32,000 bases of DNA from Candidatus Electronema aureum (GTDB taxonomy: Bacteria; Desulfobacterota; Desulfobulbia; Desulfobulbales; Desulfobulbaceae), in assembly GCA_004284765.1 (NCBI GenBank), contig NQJD01000027.1, positions 2,974-34,973 on the forward strand, in the 5' to 3' direction. The notes beneath the pieces are model-generated. The model was given only the letters and a program-made list of their open reading frames with translations, made no database searches and had not been told where the DNA came from. Positions 24,635-32,000 of this stretch are shown in pieces; within the stretch, counting starts at the first letter, position 1, and each line of letters starts with the position of its first letter. The position numbers and the translations under genes were made by a program.

Positions 24635-24871
24635 ATGGCACAATATATCGAGACTGATGTAGATATTGCGGAATATTTGAGTCAAGTGCTTGAGGAGGGC
24701 GATGTTGGTGAACTTTGCTGCCGCGCTGGGGTATATCGCCAAAGTCTGTGGCATTAAGCGGGAAACACTTTATAAAACATGCGTCCAAATGTTCTGCCGC
24801 GTCTTGATACGATCCAACGTGTATGCAAGGTTCTTGGAGTTAAACTTACGGTACAAGTCACGAGTGCTTAA
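24635..24871 (+). pseudogene. frameshifted HigA-type addiction-module antidote gene (orphan)
   Basis: Frame A reads MAQYIETDVDIAEYLSQVLEEGDVGEL and then hits a stop. The middle continues in another frame as FAAALGYIAKVCGIKRETLYKT. The end returns to frame A as RPNVLPRLDTIQRVCKVLGVKLTVQVTSA*. This implies two compensating indels. No toxin gene lies upstream. Confidence 0.65.
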
Positions 24872-24889
24872 TTGTCGTTTTGAAAATAA

Positions 24890-24901
24890 TTTTTTTTTTT
24901 T
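24890..24901. repeat. T12 homopolymer tract upstream of the flippase gene
   Basis: Twelve consecutive T residues, 24 nt before the ATG at 24926. Confidence 0.9.
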
Positions 24902-24925
24902 GCTGAGGCTGTTTGTTTTTGACGG

Positions 24926-26203
24926 ATGAATTTTTCTATCAAAACCAAAAGGGTAAAGCTAATCATCTTTTGCTGGAAGAGCGTATTTCACCAAGAACCT
25001 TCTCTGGGAGTGATACGACAGGCTGAAAGATTTTTTCTCTTTGGGACAGGCATGATGGTAGCAAGATTTCTGTCCGTTGCTTCCCAAGTTATCATGGGCA
25101 GGAAGTTTGGGCCGGAAATCTACGGGCAGATTACAATAATTCTGCTCATATCAAGCTATTTTGCCATGCCAATAGTCAATGGCTGGGGTTTAGTTTTCAC
25201 TAAGATTGCCGTAAAAGAAATCGATGTCAGCAAAAAAAATCAAGCCCTAAAGTCCCTGCTGCTTGTCGTCTCTGTTTGCTGTATCCTAACCACGCTCGTC
25301 CTTTTTGTTCTGCAAAGCCCTCTTGCTGACTTACTGGATATCGACAGAAGAATGATGCGTTTGTCACTTATCATGACTGTTTGCTATGCTTGGTGGATAT
25401 TGACAAAACAGATAGCGCAAGGATTTCAGAATTGGCGGGCATATATTCTGATTGAAAATATTTGGGCATCTATTGTTCTTTCAGGTCTTCTGGTGCTGGC
25501 ATTCTGGGGAAAGTTTAATCTTTTTACGGTGAGTTGGGTCTTCTTTGCAGGGTATGTTGTCGCTGGCCTTGTTCTTGTCAAAGGCCTCTGGCAGTCTCTT
25601 CTTGTTAAAATTGATAAAAATTATATAAAGGATATCCTCTCACATGGCTGGTTTCTGTTGCTGAATAGCATAGTTGGCACAGCGGCTTTCAGCGTTGACA
25701 GAATAATGATCAACAAAGCTCTTGGTAGCCAAGAAGTCGGAATATATCAAGCGCATTTTATTGCAACTTATGGCATGACTTCAGCTATATTTACTGTATT
25801 TATCACATATATATTTCCAATTATTTGTCGAAACAACACAAACACTGTTTCTCTTTTAGAGAAGATAGCTTTTTTGCAGTATCCTGCCACAATACTTTTC
25901 ACTGCGGCGACGGGTTATTTTTCATTTAGTTTGTTTAGTTATCAATTCAACAGCATTCTTTTTATTTTTTTGGTTATGTTTTGTGCGATACAAAATCATT
26001 TACAGATAAATCTATGGTATATAGCAAGCAAGGGGATAGATGGCGGAAAAAAAACACTCATAAGTCAAGCAGTATTTTTTTTATCAAGCACGGTTATCTT
26101 AATTGTAATTTTACCATATTGTAAGACTTATTCTGGCGGAATAGCTTTAGCCGTTTCTTCATTAATAACATTAATTTTCTCAGGAGAGAAAAAAGGTTTG
26201 TAG
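24926..26203 (+). CDS. polysaccharide flippase (Wzx/MOP-superfamily-like polytopic membrane protein)
   Basis: 425 aa with about 12 hydrophobic segments. The N-terminal region FLFGTGMMVARFLSVASQVIMGRKFGPEIYGQ is typical of polysaccharide biosynthesis (Wzx-type) proteins. The start codon is uncertain. Confidence 0.65.
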   Translation: MNFSIKTKRVKLIIFCWKSVFHQEPSLGVIRQAERFFLFGTGMMVARFLSVASQVIMGRKFGPEIYGQITIILLISSYFAMPIVNGWGLVFTKIAVKEIDVSKKNQALKSLLLVVSVCCILTTLVLFVLQSPLADLLDIDRRMMRLSLIMTVCYAWWILTKQIAQGFQNWRAYILIENIWASIVLSGLLVLAFWGKFNLFTVSWVFFAGYVVAGLVLVKGLWQSLLVKIDKNYIKDILSHGWFLLLNSIVGTAAFSVDRIMINKALGSQEVGIYQAHFIATYGMTSAIFTVFITYIFPIICRNNTNTVSLLEKIAFLQYPATILFTAATGYFSFSLFSYQFNSILFIFLVMFCAIQNHLQINLWYIASKGIDGGKKTLISQAVFFLSSTVILIVILPYCKTYSGGIALAVSSLITLIFSGEKKGL

Positions 26204-26214
26204 GTAACTATACA

Positions 26215-27081
26215 ATGAACGGATCGATATCAACATGTTGTATTTGCAATAAAAATGGAATTTATGATTATCGTGCAACTTTGCAATTGCTATCGAATCC
26301 ATCAAAATACAATTTTAAAGTTTTTCGTTGCAAGGAATGTGATTTTCGTTGGCTACATCCTCTCCCTATAATAGAAAAAATATATACTAAAGATTATTTT
26401 AATTCAGAAGATAATAATTATTCAGATATATCGAGTGAAATGTCTAAATGTTTTACTGAAGATGCTATAAAATTTAAAGAATTATCCCTTGGAGGACAAA
26501 TACTTGATATTGGTTGCGCCACAGGAGAGTTTTTAGAAGCAATCCAGTCTGTTGGGTTGAATGGCGTTGGAGTGGATGTAGCAAATTATGCTGTTGATGT
26601 AGCAACAAGAAAAAAATTATCTGTTATACAAGGAGATATATTTTATAGCATATTTGATTCAAAACGGTTTGACGGGATACATATGAGTCATGTTTTAGAA
26701 CATATTCCACATCCAAATAGTTTTCTTTGCAGAACCAATGAGTTGTTACAAAAAAATGGTATTGTATATATTGAGGTGCCGTTACAGTTTGATAGCTGGC
26801 TTGAAAAGATAAGTCGTATTCAAGGAAAAATGCAATCTTTTGAATTATACAAATTTCATCATTGTTCTTTTTTTACTCCAAAATCAATAAGATTAATTCT
26901 TGAAAAAAATAATTTTCAAATTATCTCTTTAACTACATTTAGATCATGCAGGCGTTCACAGAGAAAATTGTCTGCGCGATATTTTTTATTAACATTAATT
27001 TTATGGGTTTCAGACAAAATTTATAAAAGAGGTGATGTTATTTCCGTATGGGCAAAAACATCGCTGTCGTCAGAAAAATAA
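26215..27081 (+). CDS. class I SAM-dependent methyltransferase with N-terminal Cys4 zinc ribbon (MT-2)
   Basis: 288 aa. CCICNK...CKECDF, motif I ILDIGCATGEF, and GIHMSHVLEHIPHP. Confidence 0.75.
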   Translation: MNGSISTCCICNKNGIYDYRATLQLLSNPSKYNFKVFRCKECDFRWLHPLPIIEKIYTKDYFNSEDNNYSDISSEMSKCFTEDAIKFKELSLGGQILDIGCATGEFLEAIQSVGLNGVGVDVANYAVDVATRKKLSVIQGDIFYSIFDSKRFDGIHMSHVLEHIPHPNSFLCRTNELLQKNGIVYIEVPLQFDSWLEKISRIQGKMQSFELYKFHHCSFFTPKSIRLILEKNNFQIISLTTFRSCRRSQRKLSARYFLLTLILWVSDKIYKRGDVISVWAKTSLSSEK

Positions 27082-27101
27082 ATAGAGGCTGAAAAAATAT
27101 C

Positions 27102-27923
27102 ATGTTGAAAGAGCGATTTTCCTTTGGTAAAAACTGGAAAAATTTTCTCGAAACCCTTAATGAAGACCGTATCAAAGAGGCGGAACATTCTCTGCAATCA
27201 ATGCTGCATCTCGACACCCTGAGGGGAAAATCTTTTCTTGATATCGGATCAGGAAGCGGACTTTTTTCTCTAGCGGCAGCAAGGTTAGGGGCAGATAAAA
27301 TTCATTCATTCGATTATGACGATCAGAGTGTTGCCTGCACAAGGGAACTAAAACAACGATTTTTTTCAGAATTTACAGCTTGGTCAATTGAACAAGGTTC
27401 GACCCTTGATCAAAAATACCTTCAAGATATTGGCATGTATGATGTAGTGTACTCATGGGGAGTTCTGCATCATACCGGTGAAATGTGGCAGGCATTAGAG
27501 AATGTCTCCCATTGTGTTGCTGAGAATGGATATCTCTTTATAGCAATCTACAACGATCAAGGCGTAATAAGTGATATTTGGACTCAGGTAAAGAAAATAT
27601 ACAACAAACTGCCAGGGTTTTTACGTCTATTCTATGTTTTCTCTATCTGGACTCCTTTTGAAATATTGCCATCAATAAAACAAGTTGCTACAGGACATTT
27701 GCCTTGGAATCACTGGGTCACATACAAAAAAAATCGTGGAATGTCACGTTGGCATAATATTGTAGATTGGATTGGAGGTTATCCTTTTGAGGTGGCTACG
27801 CCTGAAAAGATTTTTCATTTCTATCATGAGAGGCTATTTGTCTTGGTAAAAATGAAGACTAGACAGGGTTTGGGATGCAACGAGTTTGTATTCAGGAAAA
27901 TAAACAAGGATATTAAGGCATAG
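27102..27923 (+). CDS. class I SAM-dependent methyltransferase (MT-3)
   Basis: 273 aa. Motif I FLDIGSGSGLFSLAAARLGA, then SFDYD and VVYSWGVLHHTG. Confidence 0.75.
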   Translation: MLKERFSFGKNWKNFLETLNEDRIKEAEHSLQSMLHLDTLRGKSFLDIGSGSGLFSLAAARLGADKIHSFDYDDQSVACTRELKQRFFSEFTAWSIEQGSTLDQKYLQDIGMYDVVYSWGVLHHTGEMWQALENVSHCVAENGYLFIAIYNDQGVISDIWTQVKKIYNKLPGFLRLFYVFSIWTPFEILPSIKQVATGHLPWNHWVTYKKNRGMSRWHNIVDWIGGYPFEVATPEKIFHFYHERLFVLVKMKTRQGLGCNEFVFRKINKDIKA

Positions 27924-27928
27924 AAGTA

Positions 27929-29056
27929 ATGAATATCCTCGTAATAGCTAATATAGCTCCCTTTGAAACAGGTGGGGCTGAAGTACAAGTCAGAAGACTT
28001 GCTGAAGCATGGCTGAAACAAGGCCAACGTGTTACTATCGTTGGTAATCGTATTCCATCATGCAAAATAACAGTTAATAATTCCAAACATACCTTTAACT
28101 GTGTGCACATTTCGACAGTCTTGACCAATCGGTTTACGCGTGCTGTTAGTTACGCTGTGTCATTGTCTTGGTTCGTCATAACGCATCAAAAAGAGTTCGA
28201 TATAATTTATTGTCGTTTTTTACAAGAAGCAGCTCTTGTCATTGGTTTACTTAAAACACTCCGCATTGCCTCTCTTCCGTTTGTTGCTTGCCCAGCGTGT
28301 TCTGGTATAAAAGGAGATGTTGCTTTTATTGAGAAAATGCCGATTTCTAACCTGTTAAGGTGTATCCTTAATAAAACATGTAATACTGTCAACAGCATAT
28401 CCCCTCAAATTGAGAATGAACTCATAAAATTCGGCATATATAAAATTAAAATAACGCATATACCAAATGGTATTTCTCTACCGTCGAAATATGCACAAAA
28501 AAGGATTAGTTCCGGTAATAAATCGTGTATTTTTGTGGGTCGTCTTACAGAGCAAAAGGGATTACCTTATCTGATGGAAGCTATCCATAAGTTAGCACAA
28601 CAAAATCATTATCCTGATTTGACAATTATTGGCGAAGGCCCAGACAGGAAAAAACTTGAAGAATTAATTTGCAGGCTAAACATTCAGAGACAGGTAAATT
28701 TTTGCGGAAAGATTGCTCATGAAGAAATTAATGACCATCTCTGTAATCATGATATTTTTGTGCTGCCTTCTTTGTACGAAGGACATCCTAACGCCTTGCT
28801 TGAGGCAATGGCAATAGGACTCCCATCTCTTGTTACCAAGTGCGGAGGTTCCGAATATTTTGTCGATAATTCAGTTGGGCGGGTAGCAAAGGCGGGTGAT
28901 GCAGACTCTCTTGCTCAGGCGTTGCAAGAGTTATTAGAACTCAGCGATGAAGAACTACAGGCTATGGGCCAAGCAGCACGAGAGAGGGCAAAAAATAATT
29001 TTGATATTGATGTGATCGCTGATAAGTACATTCAGCTCTTCAAGGAACACATCTGA
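27929..29056 (+). CDS. family-4 (GT-B) glycosyltransferase
   Basis: 375 aa. The EX7E region reads LPSLYEGHPNALLEAMAIGLPSLVT. The gene is AT-rich. Confidence 0.8.
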   Translation: MNILVIANIAPFETGGAEVQVRRLAEAWLKQGQRVTIVGNRIPSCKITVNNSKHTFNCVHISTVLTNRFTRAVSYAVSLSWFVITHQKEFDIIYCRFLQEAALVIGLLKTLRIASLPFVACPACSGIKGDVAFIEKMPISNLLRCILNKTCNTVNSISPQIENELIKFGIYKIKITHIPNGISLPSKYAQKRISSGNKSCIFVGRLTEQKGLPYLMEAIHKLAQQNHYPDLTIIGEGPDRKKLEELICRLNIQRQVNFCGKIAHEEINDHLCNHDIFVLPSLYEGHPNALLEAMAIGLPSLVTKCGGSEYFVDNSVGRVAKAGDADSLAQALQELLELSDEELQAMGQAARERAKNNFDIDVIADKYIQLFKEHI

Positions 29057-30140
29057 CAAACGCCTCATCCCAATCAAACCGCAGTCTGTCCGCTATAGCT
29101 TCCTGCTCACGGATAAGCTCCCGCAGTCGATAATCAGGTTCGTTAGTGGAAAATGTTACCCATTTCCTCCAGCCTGTTGCATTACCCAAAGGAAGCAGGC
29201 ACTTTGCCGGCAATATCTCCCCATGCTCAGGTATATCGCTGGCAAGCACAGGCACCCCATATCCCAAGGCCTCCAGCACCGCATTCGGCGCACCCTCATG
29301 CAAAGAGGGCATAAGCAGCAGATCAACCTCTGGCCATATTCGCTCTGATGGCACCCAGCCCATGAAGTGAACCCGGTCTGTCATGTTCTCTCGCTGCACC
29401 CGCTCCCGCAATAGCTGCTCATCTGGGCCAGTGCCATACAGATAAAGCTGCGCCTGTTCCGCTTTAATCTCCTTGAAGACATCGAGAAGAAGCTGCTGAT
29501 TTTTGCCGTGCTCCAGCATTCCAACACAAGCAGCTCGCAGCGGCAGCTCCCGTTTCTGCGGCAAAGCCGGACATTGCGGAATGTCATTGCGGAGTATGCC
29601 GCATTCTGCCGGAAGCAACAGACTATGGCGGGCGGTGACTCTGTTCAACAGCACTTCTGAAACACTCTGCAATCTTGTTCCAGCGATGGCTAACCCTTCA
29701 AGAAAACGCTCTATAGCAACAAGCAGCTCCGTTCTGCCTGTGGTACGATGCTTTGCAAGTGTATCACCCCGCAGAAACAACGTCAGCGGCACACGCTTGA
29801 GCAGGCGCAGCGGCTGCAAGAACAGCGAATAGGTGTGCCCGAAGGCGAAGGCCCGATCTGTCCGATAACGGAAGCCCAGCCAGAGCAGCATTGGTGGCGC
29901 AAGCAGGTGGAAGCAGCCCCAGAACAGATAGCCCGAAGTGCGCTCCTCCGGCCAAGGAAAGCGGTGAAAATGGCAGTTCGGATGCTCAATCGGGAAGGGC
30001 ACCACAGCTAAATAATGCACCGTGTGTCCCCGGTCCAGCAAGGCCCTGATTCCCCGGAACAGCCGCTTGCAGAAGCCGCCCGGCTTGGGCCGGTAATAGC
30101 AGGTCAGGATGCGGAATGTTTCTGTCGTATCAGATATCAT
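29040..30140 (-). CDS. family-4 (GT-B) glycosyltransferase
   Basis: 366 aa, GC-rich. The EX7E region reads MPSLHEGAPNAVLEALGYGVPVLASD. Its 3' end overlaps the convergent GT4 gene by 17 nt. Confidence 0.8.
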   Translation of the reverse strand: MISDTTETFRILTCYYRPKPGGFCKRLFRGIRALLDRGHTVHYLAVVPFPIEHPNCHFHRFPWPEERTSGYLFWGCFHLLAPPMLLWLGFRYRTDRAFAFGHTYSLFLQPLRLLKRVPLTLFLRGDTLAKHRTTGRTELLVAIERFLEGLAIAGTRLQSVSEVLLNRVTARHSLLLPAECGILRNDIPQCPALPQKRELPLRAACVGMLEHGKNQQLLLDVFKEIKAEQAQLYLYGTGPDEQLLRERVQRENMTDRVHFMGWVPSERIWPEVDLLLMPSLHEGAPNAVLEALGYGVPVLASDIPEHGEILPAKCLLPLGNATGWRKWVTFSTNEPDYRLRELIREQEAIADRLRFDWDEAFVRCVP

Positions 30141-30177
30141 TGTTGAATGCCGCCGCTATATCGGTTATACACAGCCC

Positions 30178-31338
30178 ATGCACATCCTCTCCATCTTCGG
30201 CACCCGGCCAGAAGCCATCAAGATGGCCCCGGTCATTCATGCGCTCAAGGCTAATGCCGCCTTCACCGCCACGGTCTGTGTGACTGCCCAGCACCGGCAG
30301 ATGCTCGATCAGGTGCTGGAGCTGTTCGCCATCAGGCCGGACTATGACCTTGATATCATGCAGGAAGGCCAGGACTTATTTGGCCTCACCGCGCGGATGC
30401 TGCCTGCTCTGCGCAATGTGCTGCTGGCCGAGCAGCCCGACTTGGTTTTAGTGCAGGGCGATACCACCACCTGCTTTGTCGGCAGTCTCGCTGCTTTCTA
30501 TCTGCGCATCCCGGTGGGCCATGTGGAAGCTGGTCTGCGCACCAGAGACATCTACGCCCCTTTCCCGGAGGAGGCCAACCGGGCTATGACCTCCCGCCTA
30601 GCTGCATTGCACTTTGCGCCGACCGAGCAAGCCCGCCGCAATCTGCTCGCTGAGGGCATTGCCGCTGACACGGTTCATGTCACCGGAAACACGGTGATTG
30701 ACGCGCTGCTGCATGTGCGCGGCCAGCTAACTGCCGAACAGAATTGGCGCGGAGTCTTTGGCAGCGCGGACGCGGTCATCCACGAGCGCAGGCCGTACAT
30801 TCTCATCACCGGGCATCGGCGCGAGAATTTCGGCTCCGGCTTTCAGCGCATCTGCGAGGCTGTCGCCCTGCTTGCCGAACGCCGCCCGCACCTGCACTTC
30901 ATCTATCCGGTGCATCTCAACCCCAACGTGCAAGGCCCAGTGTACTCAATCCTGAGCAGGATTGCAAATGTCCATCTCATCCCGCCTTTAGATTACGCCC
31001 CCTTTGTTCATGCTATGAACCATGCGCGGCTTATTCTTACGGATTCCGGCGGTGTGCAGGAAGAGGCTCCGTCTCTTGGCAAACCGGTCTTGGTGACAAG
31101 GGAGACGACGGAGCGGCCCGAAGCTGTGGCCGCTGGCACTGTCCTGCTGGTTGGCACGGACAAAGCGCGCATTATCCAAGAAACCGAGCGACTGCTTGAC
31201 GACGAGGCTTTATACCGGAAGATGAGCGGGACGATCAACCCTTACGGCGACGGTCACGCGGCAATGCGGATCGCGGCCCTTCTTCAGCAGTGGGCGGATA
31301 CATGTCAAGACCCGACTGATTATATACCGATTTTTTAA
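30178..31338 (+). CDS. wecB: UDP-N-acetylglucosamine 2-epimerase (non-hydrolysing)
   Basis: The track ORF begins at 30109. An internal ATG at 30178 gives the canonical MHILSIFGTRPEAIKMAPV start. HVEAGLRT and DSGGVQEEAPSLGKPVLVTRETTERPE are present. Confidence 0.9.
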   Translation: MHILSIFGTRPEAIKMAPVIHALKANAAFTATVCVTAQHRQMLDQVLELFAIRPDYDLDIMQEGQDLFGLTARMLPALRNVLLAEQPDLVLVQGDTTTCFVGSLAAFYLRIPVGHVEAGLRTRDIYAPFPEEANRAMTSRLAALHFAPTEQARRNLLAEGIAADTVHVTGNTVIDALLHVRGQLTAEQNWRGVFGSADAVIHERRPYILITGHRRENFGSGFQRICEAVALLAERRPHLHFIYPVHLNPNVQGPVYSILSRIANVHLIPPLDYAPFVHAMNHARLILTDSGGVQEEAPSLGKPVLVTRETTERPEAVAAGTVLLVGTDKARIIQETERLLDDEALYRKMSGTINPYGDGHAAMRIAALLQQWADTCQDPTDYIPIF

Positions 31339-31410
31339 ACAATTCAGGATGAGTTTGTCTCCATTTTTTGGTAGTCCTTAAGGCGTAGTGGCTAAATTTG
31401 GAGGGTGAAT

Positions 31411-31508
31411 TCAAGTTCCAAGTGCAACCGTTAAGTAGTCTCCCAAAAATAGCTCTTTTGGTGTTTTAAATCCAAGAGATTTTCGAGGCCTGTTGTTGAG
31501 CTTTTCCA
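31411..31508 (-). mobile_element. IS30-family transposase C-terminal remnant
   Basis: The minus strand reads (M)EKLNNRPRKSLGFKTPKELFLGDYLTVALGT*, matching the conserved IS30 C-terminus (LNNRPRK.LG.KTP.E.F). Nothing of the catalytic domain remains upstream. Confidence 0.6.
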
Positions 31509-31583
31509 TAATATAGTATTTAAGTTTTAAATCAGTTGTGTTATAATTTATAACCTGAGAGGTTATTTTTTATTTAACTAATT

Positions 31584-31699
31584 TAGGAGTTACGCAGTTC
31601 GATTGCCAACCCATTGATTTTATTCACCTGGCGATTTATGCGACAAAAAGATAACTTGCTATAATGACTGAACTTTTAATTTCAACTGCGTAACTCCTA
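31584..31699. repeat. TA-flanked 14-bp perfect inverted-repeat pair (IS630 left end / MITE-like unit)
   Basis: TA-GGAGTTACGCAGTT (31584-31599) and AACTGCGTAACTCC-TA (31684-31699). A consensus TATAAT lies between them at 31660-31665. Confidence 0.6.
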
Positions 31700-31719
31700 T
31701 AATTAACGTGTTACGTGAA

Positions 31720-32000
31720 ATGGCTAAAGCATACAGCAACGACTTGAGAGAAAGGGTGATCAAGAGTTATGAATCAGGGATATCCAAAGGAGAAATTCTT
31801 AACATTTTTATCATAAGTTTGGACACCCTGAACAGATGGATAAGAAAATACAAAGAGACAGGAAGTGTTGAGCCTTATAAAAGGACAAAATATCGTGCGA
31901 AAAAATTCAGCGACGAGGCTCTTCTTGAGCATGTTCTGAAAAATCCTTCAGCGACTCTTGAGGAAAGAGCGATGTTCTTTTCTGTCAAGCATCAGTCTGT
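31720..32000 (+). mobile_element. IS630-family transposase, N-terminal HTH part (runs off window)
   Basis: MAKAYSNDLRERVIKSYESGISKGEILNIFIISLDTLNRWIRKYKETGSVEPYKR... is the typical IS630/Tc1-mariner N-terminus. The frame is open to position 32000. Confidence 0.8.

Noticed and set aside
24690-24929. 79-aa track ORF between MT-1 and the flippase gene.
   Set aside because: It is the middle frame of the frameshifted HigA-type antidote pseudogene read through into the T12 tract, not an independent gene.
23961-26082. Several A8/T8 runs inside the coding sequences of the AT-rich cassette and the adjacent GT2 gene (e.g. 23648-23655, 23961-23968, 24471-24478, 25232-25239, 26047-26054, 26075-26082), considered as possible frameshift phase-variation sites.
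   Set aside because: Runs of 8 are expected by chance in DNA this AT-rich, and all the genes are currently in frame. Only the intergenic T12 tract seemed worth reporting.
31586-31612. tRNA-like T-loop string GTTCGATTG within GGAGTTACGCAGTTCGATTGCC.
   Set aside because: The flanking bases do not form a T-stem, and no acceptor, D or anticodon arms can be drawn. The segment is better explained as an IS630 terminal repeat.
1-32000. Search by eye for CRISPR arrays, rRNA or tRNA genes, integrase or att sites flanking the island, and retron/DGR-like repeats.
   Set aside because: No regularly spaced direct repeats, no conserved rRNA/tRNA strings, no integrase or recombinase ORF and no template/variable repeat pair were seen. 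A computational scan (tRNAscan-SE, Infernal, MinCED) is still needed to confirm their absence.

Overview
Chromosomal window, probably from a Desulfobacterota (deltaproteobacterial) type genome; that is a guess from gene content and was not verified. The backbone is housekeeping: an ABC-F ATPase, a hotdog thioesterase, the F0 half of ATP synthase (atpZ-atpI-atpB-atpE), hemL, trxA-trxB, bamD, a stand-alone GspE/PilB-type secretion ATPase and a five-haem cytochrome c. These are followed by a tightly packed pheA / ABC-F (uup-like) / zinc-finger miniprotein / Tim44-like / FKBP string, and then a glycan-biosynthesis cluster ending in wecB and IS debris. Three accessory segments interrupt the backbone. 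(1) At the left edge, vapBC sits with a PD-(D/E)xK protein and a coupled unknown gene. (2) A mosaic island of about 4.4 kb (about 13.9-18.3 kb) lies between the cytochrome gene and pheA. It holds two small secreted paralogues, a DUF4160/DUF2442 pair, decayed DinJ and UPF0175 antitoxin genes, nested palindromic repeats, a 648-aa DUF4365 (restriction-endonuclease fold) + TPR protein with no NTPase domain, and an unlisted 52-codon RHH ORF. (3) A visibly AT-rich cassette (about 23.8-29.06 kb) inside the glycan locus carries three SAM methyltransferases, a Wzx-like flippase, a GT4 and a frameshifted HigA-type antidote gene. The best candidate for something undescribed is the nuclease-TPR gene at 16151-18097 with its flanks (upstream palindromes, downstream RHH). 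I recognised no rRNA, tRNA or CRISPR array. All family assignments come from reading motifs by eye; no database search was possible.
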